NCBI GenBank assembly: GCA_963845185.1
Contig: CAWJRG010000005.1
Coordinates: 480,001 to 544,000 of the forward strand
DNA: 64,000 bases
Direction: 5' to 3'
Origin: an uncultured bacterium
GTDB taxonomy: Bacteria; Oederibacteriota; PGYV01; CAWJRG01
Every line of letters begins with the position of its first letter. Position 1 is the stretch's first letter. Below are positions 1 through 8,747 of this stretch, piece after piece. A program made the translations under genes and the position numbers. Below the pieces are notes generated by a model that was not told the DNA's origin, did not search any database, and saw only the letters and a program-made list of their open reading frames with translations.

Positions 1-403
1 CTCGGTGTCAAAATTTCCTATGCGCTTTTTGGCAAGTTTAAGGTTGAAATTAAGATATGGCCTGCCTGAAAAGTCAAGTACCACCCTTGCAAGGGCTTCG
101 TCCATGATGCCGTAGGCAAACCCGAATCTTTTTATGCCTTTTTTGTCGCCCATGGCGTCGCATATCGCGTCGCCAAGGGTTATTCCAATGTCCTCGGTTA
201 TATGGTGTGCATCGATGTCGGCGTCGCCCATGGCTTTTATATTCATATCAATGAGGCTGTGTTTTGAATATCTGCTCCAGCATATGCGTTAAAAATGGCA
301 CCTGGGTACTTATGCTGTACCTGCCCTGTCCGTCAATGCACATTTCTATGGCAATTGACGTTTCCTTTGTTTTCCTTTTTGCTGAAGATTTCCTTTTTTT
401 CAT
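1..403 (-). pseudogene. hisB: Imidazoleglycerol-phosphate dehydratase, frameshifted (one extra base near 262-268); runs off the window start
   Basis: [15 protein letters not shown]...[10 protein letters not shown], then a stop at 248-250. The shifted frame continues [28 protein letters not shown] (DxHHxxED motif). The start overlaps the hisC stop (ATGA). Confidence 0.85.
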
Positions 404-1452
404 TTTACACCTCTTAAAAGCATTTTTAATACTGCCCTGTTTTCTTCGGGCCTGCCTACAGTGAGCCGCATCCATGCTTTTGCCGGCCCGAATTCGAATA
501 TTCTAATTGAAAACCCGTTTTTTTGAAAGAACTTTTTGGATTTTTCAGCGCCGCCTTTGGTTTTGATGAAAAGAAAGTTCGCGTCGCTCCTTACAATCCC
601 GTAATGATTTTTCAGCATATCGAACATTTTATCCCTTTCTTTTATTATGATAACAGCCTTGTTTTTTGTGTAATTGCCAAGCTTTAATATTTCCATGGCA
701 ATCAGCTGGGAAAAAGAATTGACGTTATAAGGAAGCCTGACTTTGCTTACCGCGCCGATAATCTTTTTGTGGGCTATCATGTAGCCCAGGCGTATTGCGG
801 CTGAATAAAGCTTTGAAAAAGTCCTGAAAATAATCAGGTTTTCATGTTTGTTCAGTTGCTCCAGGAATGTTCTCCCTGAAAAATCAAGGTATGCCTCGTC
901 TACCACCACAAGGGAATTTGCTGATTTGATTATATTTGATATTTTGCCTGCTGTAAAGCAATTGCCGGTTGGGTTGTTCGGGTATGCTATGAATATCAGT
1001 TTAGCCTTTGTTTGTCTCGCCTGTTTGATTATTTTTGTATCGTCAAGGTCAAAGCTCTTGTCAAGCGGGACCTCTATCACCCTGTTGCCGTTTATTATGC
1101 CCGCTATTTTATACATCTCAAAAGTCGGCGTCGGTATTATTATTGATTCGCCCGGGCTGCAGAATGCCTGCAGCAGGTAATTTATGATTTCATCCGAGCC
1201 GTTTCCAAAAAGGATATTTTCAGGTTTTACCCTGTTTTTTTTTGCGATTGATTCCCTTAAAGCGCCGGCGCATGAATCAGGATACCTGTTAAATGCGATT
1301 TTCTGTATTTTGGCCAGTATTGGTTTTTTTAAAGACAAAGGCAGGTCATATGGGCTTTCATTTGCGTCCATTTTATATTTTGCGTTGAAAAGCCCGGGGT
1401 TGTAAGCGCGCAAGCTCCTTATATTTTTCCTGGCCATATTCTCAATTTTCAT
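400..1452 (-). CDS. hisC: Histidinol-phosphate aminotransferase
   Basis: NESPY, NRYPD, GNGSDE, PNNPTG, DEAY and RTFSK motifs; lies between hisD and hisB. Confidence 0.95.
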   Translation of the reverse strand: MKIENMARKNIRSLRAYNPGLFNAKYKMDANESPYDLPLSLKKPILAKIQKIAFNRYPDSCAGALRESIAKKNRVKPENILFGNGSDEIINYLLQAFCSPGESIIIPTPTFEMYKIAGIINGNRVIEVPLDKSFDLDDTKIIKQARQTKAKLIFIAYPNNPTGNCFTAGKISNIIKSANSLVVVDEAYLDFSGRTFLEQLNKHENLIIFRTFSKLYSAAIRLGYMIAHKKIIGAVSKVRLPYNVNSFSQLIAMEILKLGNYTKNKAVIIIKERDKMFDMLKNHYGIVRSDANFLFIKTKGGAEKSKKFFQKNGFSIRIFEFGPAKAWMRLTVGRPEENRAVLKMLLRGVK

Positions 1453-1481
1453 TATGTTCCTTATTATTGTTGTGATTTGTG

Positions 1482-1509
1482 GTAGAGACGTTTTGCAAAA
1501 CGTCTCTAC
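1482..1509. repeat. GTAG-type REP-like perfect palindrome
   Basis: GTAGAGACGTTTTGCAAAACGTCTCTAC in the hisD-hisC gap; related copies at 25820-25887. Confidence 0.75.
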
Positions 1510-1547
1510 TTTATTTCAATTTATTTTGTATATTAAAATTCTGCCTG

Positions 1548-2798
1548 CTACCGCCTTATCCTTATGCTGTTCCTGTGGTACTCAAGCTTCTCAAACCCTG
1601 ACATTATCTCGATATCTTTTCCGAATGTTTTAATGGCTTTTGGTGTGCATTCCACTATATGTGTGTGCTTCATGAATTCAAGCACGGAAAGCGCAGAAAA
1701 AAACCTGGCCGTGCCGTTTGTTGGCAGTATATGGTTCGCACCGGCGATATAATCCCCGAATGCTACGGCCGAATAATTCCCGGCGAATATTGCGCCTGCG
1801 TTTTTGATTCCTGCTAATATTTTTTCCCTGTTTTTTGCTACCACAAGAAGGTGCTCCGGGGCTTTATAATTGGAGATTTTTACTGCATCCGCAATTTTTT
1901 TGACGGTAATTACGGTCACGTCAAAGCTCCTGTTTTTAAAAGCCTTTTTCATGCCCTTTTCCACGTCATCGGCAATTTTTAAGGAAGTTGTCAGGAGCAG
2001 GGCATGCCCGCTCGCGTGCTCCGCCTGCGCGAGAAGGTCGTAAATAATAAATCTTTCGTTTGCCGTCTCGTCCGCGATTATCGTTATCTCGGATGGTCCG
2101 CTTATGCTGTCAATGTCAACCATGCCGAACAAATACTTTTTTGCCATGGTGGAGTAGACATTTCCCGGCCCGACTATCTTGTCTACTTTCGGCACTGACT
2201 GTGTGCCGCAGGCAAAAGCCGCGATTGCCTGCGCCCCGCCCATTCTGTAAATATCATTAATGCCTATCATGTCTGCCGCCACAAGTATGTATGGGTTGAC
2301 TTCGCCCTCGTACCTCGGCGGCGAGGCAATCGCTATGTTTTTTACGCCTGCCACTTTGGCCGGAATTCCTGCCATAATGACCGTGGAAAATAAAGGCGCC
2401 TGACCGCCCGGTATGTAAATGCCTGCGGAATCCAGGGCAAGGTATTTCTGCCTGATTTTATAACCCGTGTTTTTATATACGTAATTTTTCAATGATTCCT
2501 TTTGTTTTAAGTGAAAATCCGTTATGTTTTTTATTGCTTTCTTTATTGAGGGCAAAACCCTTTGGTCGATTTTCAAATAAGCGGACCTGATAACTGATAA
2601 TGGTACCTTAAAGCCTTTAACCGCGGTTTTATCAAACATTATCGTGTACTTTAGCAGCGCTTTGTCTCCGTTTTTCTTCACATCCTCGATTATTGAAATA
2701 ATTTTCGGGGATATGGTCAGGTCCACGTTATTTATGTCGTCAATATGCTTGCAAATCTGTTTCTCTGTTTTTTTACTTAAAGTAAAACGCTTTATCAT
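1548..2798 (-). CDS. hisD: Histidinol dehydrogenase
   Basis: GIYIPGG, GGAQAIAAFA, KIVGPGN, GPSE, QAEH, APEHL and GANHILPT motifs. Confidence 0.97.
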   Translation of the reverse strand: MIKRFTLSKKTEKQICKHIDDINNVDLTISPKIISIIEDVKKNGDKALLKYTIMFDKTAVKGFKVPLSVIRSAYLKIDQRVLPSIKKAIKNITDFHLKQKESLKNYVYKNTGYKIRQKYLALDSAGIYIPGGQAPLFSTVIMAGIPAKVAGVKNIAIASPPRYEGEVNPYILVAADMIGINDIYRMGGAQAIAAFACGTQSVPKVDKIVGPGNVYSTMAKKYLFGMVDIDSISGPSEITIIADETANERFIIYDLLAQAEHASGHALLLTTSLKIADDVEKGMKKAFKNRSFDVTVITVKKIADAVKISNYKAPEHLLVVAKNREKILAGIKNAGAIFAGNYSAVAFGDYIAGANHILPTNGTARFFSALSVLEFMKHTHIVECTPKAIKTFGKDIEIMSGFEKLEYHRNSIRIRR

Positions 2799-2872
2799 TG
2801 TATGCTCCTGTTTCTATACGTTTTTTTATCTAATATCATTCCCCGCCCGTTACAATTGGTGCCCGGTCCCAT

Positions 2873-5206
2873 TCACGCCTTTCTTTCCTGCGCGTATGTT
2901 TTCCTGTGCTCCGCGCTTACTAGGTTTGCCCTTCTTAACTCGCTTTTTACCATTTCCTCGGTTATTATAGCATTATATTTTTTTGACATTTCTTCGGCGT
3001 ATTTTGATACTGATTCTTCCGGCTTGTCCACCACCATTTTCATCAATTCCTTTTTCTGTTCGAAAGTAAGGAATATAATCTCTTCTTTTCCTTTTTCTTC
3101 TTTTTTCTCTTTAACCAGTTCCTTGAAGTTATCCATTCTTATGCCCAGCCTCTTTTCTATTTCTTCGGTAGGCACTCGTTTTTTCCTGAGTTTCTTTATT
3201 TCCCTCGCAATCCTGGCGAACATCACCTTGTCCGTGCTTTTTTCCTTTATTACCACTATGGTGATGTCGTCGCTCTGCGGGAATCCGCCTGTAAAATTCT
3301 TTATCTCCTTGTCGAGGTTGTCTATGAATTCTTTCGGGGTAAGATGCGCGTATTTTTTTATTATATCAATAAACTTCTGCTCGCCCCACTGTTCCCTTTT
3401 CATGTTCATTGCTTCAGTTATTCCGTCAGTATATATAAGCATCAGGTCACCCTTTTCAAGCTTTATTTTTTCCTCGCCCATTATCTTCCTGAAAAGGTCG
3501 TCATCAGGCAGGTTTATGCCGAGCGGAAAACCCTTGGGCTTTATATAATAAACCTTGTCCTCTTTTGCCCTGTACAATATCATGGGGTTATGCCCCGCGC
3601 TTGAAAAAATTATTTTTCTCGATACTGAATCCAGTATTGAGTAAAAGGCCGTTACAAACATGCCCTTTTTCATGTCTTCTTTTACGAAATTATTGACCTT
3701 GCAAAGCACGGCTTTTGAAGACCTGTTCCTGAAGGATACAAGCCTGACAGCCGTTCTTATTATAGTCATAACTAGCGAGCCGGGCACGCCTTTTCCAGAT
3801 ACATCGGCGACTATCACGCCTATCAAATGCGGCCCCACTTTATTTATGTCAAAATAGTCCCCGCCCACATCTTTCGCCGACCTGTATAATGACGCTATGT
3901 CAAAACCTTCGGTGTCCGGTATGTTTTTCGGCAGCAGGGTCTGCTGGATGTCCTTGGCTACCTGTATTTCCTTTTGCATCTTTTCCTGTTCTACCATTGC
4001 CTCCTGTGCGCCCTTGAACTTGACGGCCATGTCGTTAAAAGCGTTTGCAATCTGGGAAAATTCATCAGTGCCGTCTATTTCAATCCTGTGCGAAAGCCTG
4101 CCTTCTCCTATGGCAAGGACGCCTTCCCTCAGCGTCTCCAACGGCTTGATTATGAGGTTTAAAAGCATATAAATGCCAAGCGCCGTAAGGATAAGAACAA
4201 GCATGCCGAGGCTAACCCCGACAATATTTAATCTTTTTGATGCCATAACCTGCTCAAAATCAGCCGGTGTTAGTATCAGGTGCACATCGCCGAGTTTCTC
4301 GCTGTTAAAAATTATCGGCTGGGTTATGTCGTATTTGGAATTTAATTTTTTGCCGAATTTTACGACCCTGACTTTCTGCGGATATTCGTTTTGCACCAGC
4401 ACCTTGCCGCCGTCTTCCGTATATGAAAACGGCTTATATAAATACTTGCTTTCGTTATGCGCCATTATTAAGCCGCCGGCATCGGTAATAAAAATTTCGT
4501 GTATATTTCCGTTGTTGGTTTTTATCTCGTTTAAAAGTTTGATAAGGTTCAGGTAATTCCCTTTTATCATGATATTCTTGCTGCTCTCGGATATGCCTCT
4601 GACAAGGTCCATGCTGTAAGTTATGAATTTGTCCTTTACGCTTTCCCTTTCATGGAATATGAAATAAAAATAAATAGAGGACATGAGCGCCACGATAAAA
4701 ACCGTGGTGGAGAGTACGAACTTTTCCTTTACGCCCTTTATGGATAATACGCTGAAAACTTTTTCAATCACACGCGTTTTTGAGTGATTTTTTGTCAGGT
4801 GAAGCTCGTTGCCCTTCTCGGTAATGACATAATCGCTTTGATTTGTGAGTTTTCTTATTATCCAGAGCCCCAGGCCGCCTTTTTTCCCCACGCGCGCGTA
4901 TTCATTTAAATCCGGCGTTTTAAAATGCTTCCAGTCGAAGCTCTTGCCTTTGTCTATGATTGTCATGTCAAGCCCGCGTTCTTTTACGGCTACTATAAAT
5001 TCGATATCGCCCATTGTGTCTTTATACGCATGACGGATTATATTAGAGGTGGCCTCATCAATAACCACCAGTATCGAATTCAAATCCTTGTAGGCAAAAT
5101 CGTGCTTTTTGCATATATCTATGAATTCCTGCTTTATCGTTTCGACATTTTCCTTCAGGGCGGGGTATTTGAATTTATATTGCGCGATGGTCTTGTTGCT
5201 GAACAT
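2873..5206 (-). CDS. Membrane signalling protein: N-terminal RsbW-like HATPase, 2 TM helices with extracytoplasmic sensor, HAMP, SpoIIE/PP2C phosphatase, C-terminal helical domain
   Basis: EATSNIIRHAY, DKGKSF and GGLGL (HATPase_c_2); two hydrophobic helices; DEFSQIANAFNDM (HAMP); VGGDYFD, ADVSGKG, TDGITEA and DDIT (PP2C). Confidence 0.85.
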   Translation of the reverse strand: MFSNKTIAQYKFKYPALKENVETIKQEFIDICKKHDFAYKDLNSILVVIDEATSNIIRHAYKDTMGDIEFIVAVKERGLDMTIIDKGKSFDWKHFKTPDLNEYARVGKKGGLGLWIIRKLTNQSDYVITEKGNELHLTKNHSKTRVIEKVFSVLSIKGVKEKFVLSTTVFIVALMSSIYFYFIFHERESVKDKFITYSMDLVRGISESSKNIMIKGNYLNLIKLLNEIKTNNGNIHEIFITDAGGLIMAHNESKYLYKPFSYTEDGGKVLVQNEYPQKVRVVKFGKKLNSKYDITQPIIFNSEKLGDVHLILTPADFEQVMASKRLNIVGVSLGMLVLILTALGIYMLLNLIIKPLETLREGVLAIGEGRLSHRIEIDGTDEFSQIANAFNDMAVKFKGAQEAMVEQEKMQKEIQVAKDIQQTLLPKNIPDTEGFDIASLYRSAKDVGGDYFDINKVGPHLIGVIVADVSGKGVPGSLVMTIIRTAVRLVSFRNRSSKAVLCKVNNFVKEDMKKGMFVTAFYSILDSVSRKIIFSSAGHNPMILYRAKEDKVYYIKPKGFPLGINLPDDDLFRKIMGEEKIKLEKGDLMLIYTDGITEAMNMKREQWGEQKFIDIIKKYAHLTPKEFIDNLDKEIKNFTGGFPQSDDITIVVIKEKSTDKVMFARIAREIKKLRKKRVPTEEIEKRLGIRMDNFKELVKEKKEEKGKEEIIFLTFEQKKELMKMVVDKPEESVSKYAEEMSKKYNAIITEEMVKSELRRANLVSAEHRKTYAQERKA

Positions 5207-6636
5207 TATTTTGTATTCCCCCCGATGTTTTCCAGGCGCATGATAATGTCGTTCACTTCTTTTATGTTTTCCAGCGCAAGCTTGTTATAGGGGTCGATAG
5301 AGAGTATCTTTTCCCATTCTGCTTTCGCTCCTTTGTAATCCTCTTTCATGTATTTATCCACGCCTTGTCTGTAAAGCTGCAGGATTTGCTCGCTGTAAAC
5401 CTGCGCACCCTGCTTTTCAATGATATTTTTCAGCAGCGCGTAATAATATTTGATGTTTATGTAATTCGGGTCATCTTTGTAAACCGTTTCAAACTCCGCG
5501 TAGGAGAGTTTGTAATCATTCGCATAATACCCTTCCAGGCCTTTTGCATAGTGAAATGACTTAAAATACTCCCCTTTGACCGCATCATTCTCGTGCGCCA
5601 GCATGGATGCCTTCAGCTTCTCAAGTTCCTTTTTGGCGTTTTCGAGGTCTTTGGCAACAAGTTCTTTTGCTTTTTCCGCGATTTTCTTGTCTTCAATTTC
5701 CTGTTTATTATTGCGCATTGATGTCATGCTGTCGCCGAACCTGACTTTCAGCGATACCCTTTGCTCAGTATCAATCTCGCTCATAAACATCCCGTAATCA
5801 ACCGATACCGTGCCTAATATATCAAGGCCCGCGCCGATTGAAGTAATGCTGTATGAATCGTATCCAGCCCTAAGATAAAGCATCTTGAAAAATCTCAGCT
5901 CCACTCCCAGTTTATATTCAAAATCAACCGCGGTTGGCAGGGTGAAATCAGCGTATAACCCCATGCGTGCATCCGGATTTTTTAAAAAATCCCTAAAAAA
6001 ACTTAAGCCCAGGGTGCAATACCTCGCTATGCTGTCAAAATCATTTTCAAGTTTTATCTGAGGCTCGATTAAATTTTTCACTATCAATCCAGCGTTCATC
6101 TGGTTTTCTCCGGATTCATAATTATATAAAAGCCCGAAGTCAGCGGCAAACCCCGTGTCGTGCGCGCTGTCCAGTCCCTGGTAATCCAGTTTAAGGCTGA
6201 TGCCCCCTGTGAGGTTTTTGATGAAAAAACTGCTTCCCCATCCGCCTATTATTTCTATAAGGTCCTGTGATGTTATATTTGTTGGCGCGCCTGATGAGTC
6301 CCTTAATTGAATGTTGCTTGTGCCCAGCCTGGCAAAAGAAAGCCCGAACGCCCCGTAATCAAGCGTGGGTATCCCGGCTGCTGCGTACTGGTACACGCTG
6401 TCAGAAAGTAAATTTATAGATGCTGCCTGAACCTCAATCCTGTCAATGGTGTCAAGGCCGGCGGGGTTGAAATAAATGCTTCCGCTGTCGTTTATTCCCG
6501 ATACAAAAGCACCGCCGAGCGTCTGCGCCCTCACGCCTATTCCTATGTCAAGCGGCGAAGTGAGCCCCGCGACGGACGCGAAAGCAAAAGCCCCTGTAAG
6601 GAATATAAATCCCGCCGTGAACGCGTATTTTTTCAT
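5206..6636 (-). CDS. PorV/PorQ-like outer-membrane beta-barrel with C-terminal coiled coil and TPR
   Basis: Signal peptide; GVRAQTLGGAF...YFNPAGL signature; YLRAGY strand; TPR-like C-terminus. Confidence 0.7.
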   Translation of the reverse strand: MKKYAFTAGFIFLTGAFAFASVAGLTSPLDIGIGVRAQTLGGAFVSGINDSGSIYFNPAGLDTIDRIEVQAASINLLSDSVYQYAAAGIPTLDYGAFGLSFARLGTSNIQLRDSSGAPTNITSQDLIEIIGGWGSSFFIKNLTGGISLKLDYQGLDSAHDTGFAADFGLLYNYESGENQMNAGLIVKNLIEPQIKLENDFDSIARYCTLGLSFFRDFLKNPDARMGLYADFTLPTAVDFEYKLGVELRFFKMLYLRAGYDSYSITSIGAGLDILGTVSVDYGMFMSEIDTEQRVSLKVRFGDSMTSMRNNKQEIEDKKIAEKAKELVAKDLENAKKELEKLKASMLAHENDAVKGEYFKSFHYAKGLEGYYANDYKLSYAEFETVYKDDPNYINIKYYYALLKNIIEKQGAQVYSEQILQLYRQGVDKYMKEDYKGAKAEWEKILSIDPYNKLALENIKEVNDIIMRLENIGGNTK

Positions 6637-8747
6637 TTTTCGGTTTCCTCTAATTCAAGGTGTATTTTCTGCGCGTCAATATCGACCCTTGCGATAATAA
6701 CGTTTATTTCCTGCCCCATCCTGAAAGTCTTTTTGCTGCGCCTTCCTCTGGCGCTCATGGTCTGCGCGTCAAACATGTAGTAGTCGTCGTATATCTTATC
6801 AAATTCTATGAAACCTTCAACCGGATAATCTTTGAATTCCAGCCCGATGCCATTTTTTGCTATTTTTGTAATTATAGCCGGAAGCGACTCCCCGAGCTTG
6901 TTTTTCATAAAATCCATGGCATATATCCTGAATACGTTTGATTCTGTTTTCTCAACCTTTTCCTCGGTTTCTGTTATATGGACGGCAGTGTCCTTAAAGA
7001 ACTTTTTTGAAAAATTGGTCATGCTCGCCCTGCCTAAAAAGTGCTTGATCAGCCTGTGCACTATTACGTCGGCATATCTCCTTATGGGCGAGGTAAAATG
7101 CGTGTATTTCTCAAGGCCCAGCCCGAAATGCCCGGTGTTTTCCTCGGAATAAGTCGCAAGCTTCATTGCCTTAAGCAGGTTTTTCTCTATCAAAAACCTC
7201 TGCCCGTAATTTTCAAGCATTGAAAGCACCCGCTGGAACTCGTTATTTGTCCCGTCCTGCAGCCTGAACTTCAGCCCCATGCCTTTCATCAGCATATTGA
7301 ACTCATCTACATCTTTTTGCGCAGGCGACGGATGGATCCGGAACATGCCGTAATTGATGTGTTTTAAAATATAGTCGGCAGCGCAGATATTTGCATAAAT
7401 CATGAAATATTCTATGATTTTATTCGACTTTTTTGCTTCCTTTCTTATTATGTCCGTAACATCCCCGTTTTCGTCAAAAACCAGTTTCGGCTCGCCCAGG
7501 GTAAAATCAATCATGCCTTTGCTTTTTAAGCTGGCTGCCAGTATTCCGCGCAAATCGTCCATTAGCATAAGCATGTTTTTAAGGCCCTTTTCTTTTGCCG
7601 TTACACTGCCGTCTATTATGTCCTGCACTTGCTCGTACGTAAGACGCTTCTTGTTGTTTATGACAGTTTCTTCTATTTTATACGATAAAATTTCCCCTTT
7701 ATTGTCTATTTCCATGAAAATCGAAAACGCCAGCCTGTCAAGGCCTTCGCGGAGCGAGCACAGGTCGTTTGACAGCGCCTCGGGCAGCATTGGTATGACC
7801 TCAACCGGAAGGTAAATGCTTGAGCTTCTTTTTCTCGCCTCAATGTCCAGCGCCGAATTCTCGCGGACATAGCGCGTGACATCCGCTATGTGCACCTCGA
7901 GAAAGTATTTTCCGTCTTTTTTCCTTAAGGACACAGCGTCGTCAAAATCTTTCGCGTCCACCGGGTCCACTGTTATTATAATATTTTTCCTCAGGTCCCT
8001 CCTGTTTTGAAAGTCCGACTCCTGCAGGGACAGCCTCGAAGCCTCGTTCTCCACTTCCCTCGGAAACTGCGTGCTGAATTCATACTTGCTCAGGAAAAGG
8101 TGCTTGTAAGCGCTTATCGGGTCGTTGCTTCCTATGTGCGATATTACATCGCCGTATATCATGCCGTTTCTTTCCACAATCCTGGAAACAAGTATCGTAT
8201 TTCCTTCCTTTATGTCGGAATCAGCTTCGTTAAGCCTGATGAAAGGCATTGGTTTGTTCACAGGCACGGCCTCGTACCTGCCCTTAAAGATCCTTGCCTT
8301 GCACAGCACGGGCATGCTTGTCCTTTTTATCACGCGTATTAAAGTCCCTTCTTTTTTCCCTTCCCTTCCTTCCCTGACGACCACTTCCACCTCGTCGCCC
8401 TGCAGCAGGTTTTTTATGGAATCCCTGCCGATAAAAATATCTTTGCCGTCGGGCATTATGACAAACCCGAAATCTTTTTTCAGCTCGACTTTTCCCGTGG
8501 CTGTCCTGCGCCCCGCTCCTGGCTGGCTGCCATGCTCCTCATGCACCCCGGCTTGAGTTAAAACCGCATATTTGTTTTTGTATTTTTCAATTTTGTTTTC
8601 CGTGATTAACTGGTTTAATATCTTTTTAATCTGCGATTTCCGCACGCCGAAACTTTTCAGCCTGTGTATTATGTACTTTATCCCGGCAGGCCTGCCTTCG
8701 TTTTTCAGCAGGTCGTAAAGCATTTCCTTGTCTATAATTTTACTCAT
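6633..8747 (-). CDS. rnr: Ribonuclease R (RNB family)
   Basis: TVDPVDAKDFDDA, HIADV, YTHFTSPIRRYAD; cold-shock and S1 domains. Confidence 0.92.
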   Translation of the reverse strand: MSKIIDKEMLYDLLKNEGRPAGIKYIIHRLKSFGVRKSQIKKILNQLITENKIEKYKNKYAVLTQAGVHEEHGSQPGAGRRTATGKVELKKDFGFVIMPDGKDIFIGRDSIKNLLQGDEVEVVVREGREGKKEGTLIRVIKRTSMPVLCKARIFKGRYEAVPVNKPMPFIRLNEADSDIKEGNTILVSRIVERNGMIYGDVISHIGSNDPISAYKHLFLSKYEFSTQFPREVENEASRLSLQESDFQNRRDLRKNIIITVDPVDAKDFDDAVSLRKKDGKYFLEVHIADVTRYVRENSALDIEARKRSSSIYLPVEVIPMLPEALSNDLCSLREGLDRLAFSIFMEIDNKGEILSYKIEETVINNKKRLTYEQVQDIIDGSVTAKEKGLKNMLMLMDDLRGILAASLKSKGMIDFTLGEPKLVFDENGDVTDIIRKEAKKSNKIIEYFMIYANICAADYILKHINYGMFRIHPSPAQKDVDEFNMLMKGMGLKFRLQDGTNNEFQRVLSMLENYGQRFLIEKNLLKAMKLATYSEENTGHFGLGLEKYTHFTSPIRRYADVIVHRLIKHFLGRASMTNFSKKFFKDTAVHITETEEKVEKTESNVFRIYAMDFMKNKLGESLPAIITKIAKNGIGLEFKDYPVEGFIEFDKIYDDYYMFDAQTMSARGRRSKKTFRMGQEINVIIARVDIDAQKIHLELEETEK

